This document shows, piece by piece, positions 1-7,198 of a DNA stretch of 27,993 bases. Origin of the DNA: Promethearchaeati archaeon (GTDB lineage: Archaea > Asgardarchaeota > Heimdallarchaeia > Heimdallarchaeales > Heimdallarchaeaceae); assembly GCA_013166775.1 (NCBI GenBank), contig JABLTJ010000038.1:1-27993 (forward strand), read 5' to 3'. How positions within the stretch are numbered: the stretch's first letter is position 1; each line of letters begins with the position of its first letter. The position numbers were made by a program, and so were the translations under genes. A model generated the notes under the pieces. The model had not been told where the DNA came from and did not search any database. It saw only the letters and a list, made by a program, of their open reading frames with translations.

Positions 1-2
1 AA

Positions 3-179
3 TATGCAGGAACTTACTCCAATTGGTTGAAAGTCATAGAAGGAGCACTTGATCCGATTAAAGGAATCCTAACTAGAAAATTCAAGTTAGTTGGAGATAA
101 AGGAAAGGTAATGAGAGCTACTAAAGCAGCTAAAGAATTAGTTAATTCAGCTCAAAAAATACCAACTGAATTTGTATAA
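3..179 (+). CDS. SCP2 sterol/lipid-binding domain protein, C-terminal part (truncated by window edge; not in ORF track)
   Basis: My translation from base 3: YAGTYSNWLKVIEGALDPIKGILTRKFKLVGDKGKVMRATKAAKELVNSAQKIPTEFV* (TAA 177-179). The W..vi.G.LDP....l..k.kl.GD...vMR pattern matches the C-terminal half of SCP2 domains. Confidence 0.75.
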   Translation, partial: YAGTYSNWLKVIEGALDPIKGILTRKFKLVGDKGKVMRATKAAKELVNSAQKIPTEFV

Positions 180-213
180 CTTTTTATTCTACTATTTTTT
201 TTATTTGAACATC

Positions 214-3204
214 ATGTGGTTCTATTGTGCTCCACGCAAAATTATTTTTGGAGAAGATTCTCTAGAGGAATTAAATGAAATTAAAGGAAGAAGTGCTCTT
301 GTAGTCACAGATAAAGTACTCATCGATATTGGAATACCTCAAAGAGTAGCTAGTATATTAGAAGCTAATGGTTTTAAAATCACAGTCTTTGATCGAGTAG
401 ACTATGAACCTTCTATTCCTATGGCAAAATCTGGTGCAGAAATTGCCGAGAAGGAAGAAGTAGACTGGATTGTTGCTATTGGTGGAGGATCAGTGATTGA
501 TTGTGCTAAGGCAATTTGGGTATTTTACGAAAATCCAGATATGAGTATAGACAGCGTTTTTCCTGAGGATCCTTTACCTTTAAGGAATAAAGCAAGATTG
601 ATTACAATTCCAACTACAAGCGGAACAGGTTCCGACGCTAATTGGGCAATCGTCATTACAGATCCTGAGACAAAACAGAAACTAAGTGTAGGGCATAGGG
701 ATCTAATTCCGGATATTGATATAGTTGACCCTTCTTTTACTGTGAAGCTTCCTCCTAGGTTAACCGCTTCAACTGGGATGGATGTACTAGCACATGCAAT
801 TGAAGCTTATACAATTCAATGGAAAAATGATTTTTCTGATGCTATGGCTTTACAATCAATCAAGATGGTTTTTGAATATCTTCCAAAGGCATACAAAGAT
901 GGGGAAAACTTAGAAAATCGTGAAAAGATGCATAATGCAGCAACTATGGCTGGCATAGCTATTGGCAATAGTCAAATAGGTGGAGCTCATGCACTTGCTC
1001 ATTCTGCTGGTGCAGTTTTTAAGATTCCTCATGGAGAGATTATAGCAGTAGTTTTACCTCATATGATGCGATTCTGTCTTGAAGTTGAAGAAACAGTAAA
1101 ACACTATTCAGAAATAGCTCATGCAATAGGGCTCTCTTTCGAAACAGAAAGAGAAGGAGCTGAAGAATTAATTCTCAAAGTTGAGGAACTTATTCAAGAT
1201 ATAGGATTGAGAACAGAGTTAAGTGAATTTGGAATCTCAAAAAGAATGCTAGATGAAAATATGGAAATGCTTACTGATTTTGCTCTGAATGATACAGGAT
1301 CTCTTGTTAATCCAAGAGATATTTCTGGAGAAGCTCTTAAGGGATTATATTATGAAATGCTTGGAGAACCGTTTGGAGGGTACAGAGGAGAAATAGTGAA
1401 AGTCAACCTTACATCTAAAGCAGTTTCTGTTGATCCGTTAGATTCCCAAGCAGCGCTGAAATTCGTTGGAGGAAGTGGACTAGGAGCTTATTATTATTAT
1501 CAATTAATGAAAGACAAAGTAGCAGCACCATTGTCTCCTGATAATGTTTTGATTTTCATGACTGGACCAATGACTGGATTACCAACTTCATGTTCAGGAA
1601 GGTTTACTGTATGTTCTCGTTCTCCGCTTACAGGTTTTTGGGGAGAAGCTAATTCAGGAGGTCATTTTGGTCCAGAACTGAAATTTGCAGGATATGATGG
1701 ATTAATCATCGAAGGAGCATCAGAAAATCCTGTTTATCTTTTAATTGAAGATGACAAAATTGAGATTAAAGATGCTTCGAACTATTGGGGAAAGGGTGTT
1801 TATGAAACCCAAGAATTGCTGTTAGAAGAGTTGAATGATGATTCTTACAAGATTGCATGTATTGGTCAAGCAGGAGAAAATCTAGTAAAATACGCAGCAA
1901 TTATGAATGATGGTGACAGAGCAGCAGGTAGAACAGGTTTAGGAGCAGTAATGGGATCCAAGAATCTGAAAGCTATTGCTATTAAAGGTTCAAATCGAAA
2001 ATTCAGACTTCCTGAAATTTTCAAGAAGAAATCTCAAGAAGCTTACGAATTTATCAAAGAAGATTTCTCAGTTGAACTCACTAAGGAACTAGGAACATCA
2101 GGATTTGTTGATACTGCAGTGGAACTATATGGTGATATGCCAATTCGTAATTGGTCAGAAAGCAGTTTTGAGGGAGCTTTCAACATCTCTGGGGCAACTA
2201 TGAAAGAGACAATTCTGGTAGGCAGAAAAGCCTGTTATCGTTGTCCTATAGGCTGCGGAAGAGTTATCGAAATACCTGAAGGTGAATATAAACTTGAAAA
2301 AACTAAAGGACCGGAATATGAAACTCTTGCTGCTTTCGGAACAAATTTGCTGATTGATAATCTTGAAGCTCTTGCCAAAGCAAACTTTATAGCTAATGAT
2401 TTTGGTATGGATACAATTTCTGCAGGAGCTACGATTGGAGTGTTCCTTGATTTAGTATCTAAAGGCTTTGTTCCCCTAGGTGAGCTAAATGAGGACATAG
2501 AATATGAGTTTGGTAAACCTAAAACTTTGTTAAAACTACTAGAGATGATAGCATTTAGGAAAGGGATAGGAAATTTCCTTGCAGAAGGAAGTAAGCTTCT
2601 TGCAGAAAGATACCATTACTTAGCATTAGCTCCTCAAGTTGCAGGATTAGAAACGCCTTATCATGACCCTAGAGCATTCAGTGGAATGGCTATTCAGTAT
2701 CTAACCAGTCCCCGAGGAGCTTGTCATAATAACGGTGATGCATACCTGATACAGCAAGGTATTGAATATCCAGAGATAGGCATAGATAATCTACCTGAGG
2801 ATAGATTTGAAAGTAAAGGAATAGCAAAACAAATGGTAAAATTACAGAGTTATAGACAACTCTACAACTCAATGACTATTTGCATTTTCTACAATCCACC
2901 AGCACCACTGATAGCTGAACTTCTTGGTTTTTCAATGGGAGAATCTTTGAAAACTGATGATTTAATCCTTTTTGGAGATAGAATATTTGCACTGAAACGA
3001 ATGATAAATTTAAAACTTGGTTGGACACCTGATTTACAAAAATTACCAAATGTTATGATGCAAAGATTAGAAGGACCTACGGAAGGAAATGTTCCTGATT
3101 ATAAAACACAATTAGCAGAATATTATGAATATAGAAATTATGATCTTCAAACAGGTGAACCAGATCAAGAAGAACTGCAAAGAGTAGGATTGGATACAAT
3201 ATAG
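214..3204 (+). CDS. Fusion: iron-containing alcohol dehydrogenase (N-term, ~214-1356) + tungsten/molybdenum aldehyde:ferredoxin oxidoreductase (C-term, ~1357-3204)
   Basis: Fe-ADH motifs: GGGSVIDCAK, PTTSGTGS, GMDVLAHAIEAY, AHALAH, PHG. AOR motifs: GYRGEIVKVNLT, SPLTG, ELKFAGYDG, IGQAGENLVKYA, RAAGRTGLGAVMGSKNLKAI, CYRCPIGC, GPEYET, GMDTIS, DPR, RGACH and the distal Cys in ICIF. No stop between domains. ATG 214 preferred over TTG 172, which overlaps the upstream gene and a T-tract. Confidence 0.95.
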   Translation: MWFYCAPRKIIFGEDSLEELNEIKGRSALVVTDKVLIDIGIPQRVASILEANGFKITVFDRVDYEPSIPMAKSGAEIAEKEEVDWIVAIGGGSVIDCAKAIWVFYENPDMSIDSVFPEDPLPLRNKARLITIPTTSGTGSDANWAIVITDPETKQKLSVGHRDLIPDIDIVDPSFTVKLPPRLTASTGMDVLAHAIEAYTIQWKNDFSDAMALQSIKMVFEYLPKAYKDGENLENREKMHNAATMAGIAIGNSQIGGAHALAHSAGAVFKIPHGEIIAVVLPHMMRFCLEVEETVKHYSEIAHAIGLSFETEREGAEELILKVEELIQDIGLRTELSEFGISKRMLDENMEMLTDFALNDTGSLVNPRDISGEALKGLYYEMLGEPFGGYRGEIVKVNLTSKAVSVDPLDSQAALKFVGGSGLGAYYYYQLMKDKVAAPLSPDNVLIFMTGPMTGLPTSCSGRFTVCSRSPLTGFWGEANSGGHFGPELKFAGYDGLIIEGASENPVYLLIEDDKIEIKDASNYWGKGVYETQELLLEELNDDSYKIACIGQAGENLVKYAAIMNDGDRAAGRTGLGAVMGSKNLKAIAIKGSNRKFRLPEIFKKKSQEAYEFIKEDFSVELTKELGTSGFVDTAVELYGDMPIRNWSESSFEGAFNISGATMKETILVGRKACYRCPIGCGRVIEIPEGEYKLEKTKGPEYETLAAFGTNLLIDNLEALAKANFIANDFGMDTISAGATIGVFLDLVSKGFVPLGELNEDIEYEFGKPKTLLKLLEMIAFRKGIGNFLAEGSKLLAERYHYLALAPQVAGLETPYHDPRAFSGMAIQYLTSPRGACHNNGDAYLIQQGIEYPEIGIDNLPEDRFESKGIAKQMVKLQSYRQLYNSMTICIFYNPPAPLIAELLGFSMGESLKTDDLILFGDRIFALKRMINLKLGWTPDLQKLPNVMMQRLEGPTEGNVPDYKTQLAEYYEYRNYDLQTGEPDQEELQRVGLDTI

Positions 3205-3272
3205 ATCTCTGTAATTATTTTTGGTAATAGTGAACATCTAAATACCATAAAATTAGAAATAGTTCGTGAAAT

Positions 3273-4109
3273 ATGTCAGATGATACTCAGCTCAAAATGG
3301 AATTATTTTCAGCTCTTTCTCACCCAATAAGACGTCAAATGTTGGAATTTATAGCGAAAGAGAAAGAAGTATCATATACTCAGTTAACCGACACTTTTGA
3401 GCTTAAATCAGGACCTCTTTACCATCATCTACGAAAAGTAAGTCAATTTGTATATCAGAGAGAGGATAAGAAATACTGTTTAACAGAAGAAGGTTTGAAA
3501 GCGATAGCTATTCTTCAAGGTGTAGATGCACCATCTTTTGAGGAACTTGATACACTATTGAAACCTAAGATTATTCAAATAGGCAAAGTATCTTTAGCAC
3601 CTTTCATTAGATTCTTCTCAAACAATCCATATCATGTTTATATTGAATTCATCATTCTTGCAGTAATTAGTGGATATCTTGGAGTAACAAACAAGATCAT
3701 AATTGTAGGGAATTTCGTATTGAATTTCGAAATAAGCTTAGTTTTAGCTTATGTCAGCATGTTTGCTAGCTGGATCTTCCTTGCGATTGTTTCTGAAGTG
3801 TTGAGTAGAGTATTCTATAAGAAGAAGGAAAATACTATTGCCATATTTGGGGTAACTAGTTTAATCTTTCTCCCTTCATTCATATTCATTTTAGTTGTAT
3901 GGCTAACAGGATTAATAATGGGAACAACAATTGTAGTACCTACAATTGCACTACTGATTCTTCATGGTATCTTCCAAATATGGAGCTTCTTAGTAATTGC
4001 TACTGCTTTAGGAGTACTCAAGGATTTATCTCTCGAAAAATCAGCAATCATTGCTCTAATTGGAAATTATATTCAAATTTTCAGCGTAATATTCATCATG
4101 CTTACTTAA
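3273..4109 (+). CDS. ArsR-like winged helix-turn-helix protein with C-terminal multi-pass membrane domain
   Basis: N-term LFSALSHPIRRQMLEFI...SYTQL...GPLYHHLRK...YCLTEEG is a typical ArsR/wHTH pattern, followed by about five hydrophobic segments. Confidence 0.85.
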   Translation: MSDDTQLKMELFSALSHPIRRQMLEFIAKEKEVSYTQLTDTFELKSGPLYHHLRKVSQFVYQREDKKYCLTEEGLKAIAILQGVDAPSFEELDTLLKPKIIQIGKVSLAPFIRFFSNNPYHVYIEFIILAVISGYLGVTNKIIIVGNFVLNFEISLVLAYVSMFASWIFLAIVSEVLSRVFYKKKENTIAIFGVTSLIFLPSFIFILVVWLTGLIMGTTIVVPTIALLILHGIFQIWSFLVIATALGVLKDLSLEKSAIIALIGNYIQIFSVIFIMLT

Positions 4110-4147
4110 AATATTTACAGAAAACAATCAGAAAGTGTAAAACAACG

Positions 4148-4242
4148 AACTTACAGAAACGTGTAGTAAAACTTACATCAAATTGTAACAAAAACTACTT
4201 AATTGTGTAAGTGAAACTATAATTGAACATAAGTGAAACTAT
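4148..4242. promoter_or_regulatory. Array of degenerate 22-bp-period repeats, consensus about YTAC(A)-N6-TGTAA; putative operator array
   Basis: Units start at 4148 AACTTACAGAAACGTGTAGTAA, 4170 AACTTACATCAAATTGTAACAA, 4192 AAACTACTTAATTGTGTAAGTG, 4214 AAACTATAATTGAACATAAGTG and 4236 AAACTAT. Exact direct repeat TAAGTGAAACTAT at 4208-4220 and 4230-4242. Confidence 0.6.
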
Positions 4243-4293
4243 TTAATTAGAAAAAACGAACGGTAAAGTAACCATTAATTTGGGGTTAACACA

Positions 4294-5427
4294 ATGAAGT
4301 CAAAAATGATAAACAAACAAACATTGCTTTTGGGCGGCCTACTGTTTATACTAGTTTTTTCTAGTTTAATGTATATACCAGTAGTTGCTAGTGATGACGA
4401 CGATGAAAATGGAGTACCCACTGATGACGAGGACGATGACGGCATTCCTGATGATGAAGAAGATGAAGATGACGACGGGGTTCATGACCACGACGAAGAG
4501 GATAATAAACGAAAGCTACAGATAGAAGTTTCTGACTACGAAGCGCACATTGAATCTAGTTTACAAACTGGTGATGTTCATAACGAATTTGGTGTTGAAA
4601 TGCATGCTGAAGATGAAGGCTTAAAATTTCAATTTGAATTCGAAAGAGACAATGATACAGTTGAAACCGAGCTTGAGTTTCAAGTAGTACTTTCAGAGAT
4701 CATAGAATATATTGATGATCCAATGGATGGTTACTATAATGAATCGATTGATGAGGTTGTACAAGTTGTAGAACTTAATGATTGGAACCCAATAGTGTAT
4801 ACAATAGAAACCATAGGAAATGATACTGTACATGTTTTCTCAATTGAAACAGACGATAGTGTTTTTTCAGCAACAATTTACATAACAGGTGAGTTTACTG
4901 TTGTGAATGAGGTTTTAGTTGCTCCAACTCAATTAAAAATTGATGTAGGTATTCATAATTTCAATTATACTGAACCAGATTCAGTTCTTGCTTTAAAGGT
5001 TAAGCTAGATTCTGAAGAAGAAGTAGATTATGAAGACGATGAAGAAACTGAAGATGAAGAATATGAAAATGCAACAAATGAGCATGAAGTAGAAGTTACA
5101 CTTGGTGATTATAGTGGATTCTTCTCATGGATTGAAACAGCAACTATTGATGGCGTCGAACAAGAAGTTAAAGCTACTCCTATTGATGTAGGCGCAGAAG
5201 AAAATAAACTATATCTGAACTATCCCAGAGGTAATGAAATTATTCATGATCCAAAGATAGGTATTGCAGGTGTTCTACAGATAACTAGTCCAACAGGGTT
5301 CTTAGGCATAAGGTCCAGGATCGAGCTTCCTGATCTGTCTAGAAACGAACTCTTGATTGTATCTGCAGCAGCACTTCTGACAATTACTGGTCTAGTTATG
5401 GTCTTCAGAAGAAAACGTAGGCGATAA
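4294..5427 (+). CDS. Very acidic secreted/cell-surface protein with thrombospondin-type-3-like Asp repeats and C-terminal TM anchor
   Basis: Signal peptide ending about VVA|S; DDDENGVPTDDEDDDGIPDDEEDEDDDGVHD; beta-rich acidic body; C-terminal hydrophobic helix followed by RRKRRR. Confidence 0.8.
   Translation: MKSKMINKQTLLLGGLLFILVFSSLMYIPVVASDDDDENGVPTDDEDDDGIPDDEEDEDDDGVHDHDEEDNKRKLQIEVSDYEAHIESSLQTGDVHNEFGVEMHAEDEGLKFQFEFERDNDTVETELEFQVVLSEIIEYIDDPMDGYYNESIDEVVQVVELNDWNPIVYTIETIGNDTVHVFSIETDDSVFSATIYITGEFTVVNEVLVAPTQLKIDVGIHNFNYTEPDSVLALKVKLDSEEEVDYEDDEETEDEEYENATNEHEVEVTLGDYSGFFSWIETATIDGVEQEVKATPIDVGAEENKLYLNYPRGNEIIHDPKIGIAGVLQITSPTGFLGIRSRIELPDLSRNELLIVSAAALLTITGLVMVFRRKRRR
4393..4503 (+). 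repeat. Asp/Glu-rich DxDDDG(I/V)PD-type coding repeats (putative Ca2+-binding)
   Basis: Three imperfect copies: DDDENGVPTD, DEDDDGIPDD, DEDDDGVHDH. Confidence 0.7.
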
Positions 5428-5429
5428 AA

Positions 5430-5648
5430 ATGATTGTCAGGTATGATAAGGAAAGATTAGAAAGGACAATCCAATTCCTTCAATGGGATTTTATCAATGG
5501 AAATGTAAAAATGGAAGTTGATAAAAGAGGAAATCTACACTTCTATAGTGAAGATCAAAAACTGATTACAATTGAGAATAAGGCTAGTCGGAAATATGAG
5601 ATTGCAGCAGAAATAGATAATACAATTCAAGTGTTCTCAAGCTTCTGA
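5430..5648 (+). CDS. Small hypothetical protein (72 aa), probably co-transcribed with the upstream surface protein
   Basis: ATG 2 nt after the upstream stop; natural amino-acid composition; fills the gap to the convergent gene. Confidence 0.65.
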   Translation: MIVRYDKERLERTIQFLQWDFINGNVKMEVDKRGNLHFYSEDQKLITIENKASRKYEIAAEIDNTIQVFSSF

Positions 5649-5660
5649 AATCTAATTGCC

Positions 5661-6515
5661 TTATCCTACCTCAACTTTTCTTTTTTTACAGTAAACATTC
5701 AGAATCCCATGTGAGTGCCCATTTTTTTCAGGAAATTCATCCCAAATGTGTCTCGATTCTTTTTCAATAATAAATCCAGTGTCCCTTATATGTATTTCAA
5801 GGTTTTGAAGCCAGAATAAGGAACGTGAGCATTTTTCACCTTCAGGGATTCTTGTAACAGGAGAGGAAAGAACTAGATGTCCATCTTCAGATAGCATAGA
5901 ACTAATAGTTTGGAGAGAAATCTTAACTGCTTGATCGTTCAGTTTTTTCATCAATTTGAAAAATTCAATATTTTTATGCATAAATTTCTGACAATATTGA
6001 GTAAAAAGAGGCATAAAATAATAATCCATTAAACCCATATGTAGAACAAAATCATATCTTTGATCATTATATTCTTTGTAAGCATAATCAGGATATTCAA
6101 GCTTTTGAAATATTTCCTCTTCGTTAAGTCTTTTATCATCATATTTTTGAAAACATGTTACAATTGAATCAACAAAACCTAGAGTTACATCAAGAGTTTT
6201 CAAATGAACAATTTCATAACCAAACGTTGATTTTAGATGTTCTTTGGCTTTAAGCATACCTTCCTCATAAATATCCAATAAAGTAATTTCATCAATCTTA
6301 TTTAATATGTCTAAATCCATTTCTGGTATTTTACTTGTAACGCCTATGAATCCAAGTGTCTTTATCTGATCAGATATGCAAGATTTTAGGAATCGTCTAA
6401 CGCTTTGGTAGTGAAAATCCCACTGTGGTTTGTATTTCAGATAGGTTATTTCGTAATCGTCCATCCAATCTTTGTTTATCTCATTGAACATCTCTGATAA
6501 TTGAATTCTATACAC
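5661..6515 (-). CDS. Hypothetical protein, probable divergent class I SAM-dependent methyltransferase fold
   Basis: Ordered elements TLGFIG (degenerate motif I), ITLLDI (acidic end of beta2), LDVT, YDFVLHMGLMDY and LSEDGHLVLS. Start GTG 6515 or ATG 6491. Confidence 0.55.
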   Translation of the reverse strand: MYRIQLSEMFNEINKDWMDDYEITYLKYKPQWDFHYQSVRRFLKSCISDQIKTLGFIGVTSKIPEMDLDILNKIDEITLLDIYEEGMLKAKEHLKSTFGYEIVHLKTLDVTLGFVDSIVTCFQKYDDKRLNEEEIFQKLEYPDYAYKEYNDQRYDFVLHMGLMDYYFMPLFTQYCQKFMHKNIEFFKLMKKLNDQAVKISLQTISSMLSEDGHLVLSSPVTRIPEGEKCSRSLFWLQNLEIHIRDTGFIIEKESRHIWDEFPEKNGHSHGILNVYCKKRKVEVG

Positions 6516-6558
6516 AAATAAATTTTTATTGGATATCTACTAATTCAGATGATTAATC

Positions 6559-7179
6559 ATGAACATTTACATTGTGAGACATGGAGAAACAGCTTTCAAC
6601 GTCGGAGAACCGAGAGTTAGAGGGAGAAGGGATGTCCCCTTATCTGAGCTTGGGATAGAGAATGCAGCAAAAACTGGAATTAATCTCTCTACAATACCCA
6701 TTGAAAAGATATACTATAGTAAACTCTCTAGAGCAAAAGACACTGCAGAAAAAATAAAAGAGCATCAACCTTCTGCTGAATTGATAGAAGAACCGTTTTT
6801 ACTAGATATTTCTTTTGGAGATTGGGAAGGGAAGACAGCTGATGAAGCGTTCTCTCCAGAAGTGAAAGAGAAATGGTTTTCAAATCCTCACGATATTTTG
6901 ATACCTAATGGTGAAACTTTTTATCAAGTCCTGGACAGATTACACCGTCTTTTTCTGAGATTAAGAACTCAAGAAGAAGAAAATGTTGTTTTAGTCACCC
7001 ATGGTGCTGTCATCAATCTGATATTTGTATACCTTACTGAAACGCATCCATCTCACTATTGGAATTTTTATGTTGACCCCTGTTCCATATCCCAGATAAA
7101 ATTACAAAAAGATGGTAGAGTCTCAATAATCAGCTTTAATAAGATTGAACATAAAAATAAAATTCTAAACCAAAAGTAA
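6559..7179 (+). CDS. Histidine phosphatase family protein (phosphoglycerate mutase/CobC-like)
   Basis: IVRHGET catalytic motif, S.LSRA.DTA, FGDWEG, PNGET, VTHG. Confidence 0.93.
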   Translation: MNIYIVRHGETAFNVGEPRVRGRRDVPLSELGIENAAKTGINLSTIPIEKIYYSKLSRAKDTAEKIKEHQPSAELIEEPFLLDISFGDWEGKTADEAFSPEVKEKWFSNPHDILIPNGETFYQVLDRLHRLFLRLRTQEEENVVLVTHGAVINLIFVYLTETHPSHYWNFYVDPCSISQIKLQKDGRVSIISFNKIEHKNKILNQK

Positions 7180-7198
7180 AAGGAAAAAAAAGAGAAAA

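Noticed and set aside
172-213. 14-aa N-terminal extension of the ADH-AOR ORF from TTG 172
   Set aside because: Overlaps the upstream gene's stop and translates a T-tract (F/Y-rich); Fe-ADH homology begins at ATG 214.
2235-2872. Short antisense ORFs inside the AOR domain (likewise those at 7452, 7824, 8942, 10155, 12033, 13252, 14210, 14628, 16651, 17076, 17477, 19364, 20393, 20787, 23159, 26725, 27437)
   Set aside because: They lie wholly or largely within well-supported genes or promoter regions on the opposite strand or another frame and carry no motifs.
3899-4210. 103-aa ORF overlapping the wHTH-TM gene
   Set aside because: Alternate-frame shadow with N/C-rich composition running into the repeat region.
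4111-4250. Possible CRISPR array or tRNA
   Set aside because: Units are degenerate, contiguous 22-mers with no unique spacers, no cas genes are present and there is no cloverleaf; it fits an operator array better.
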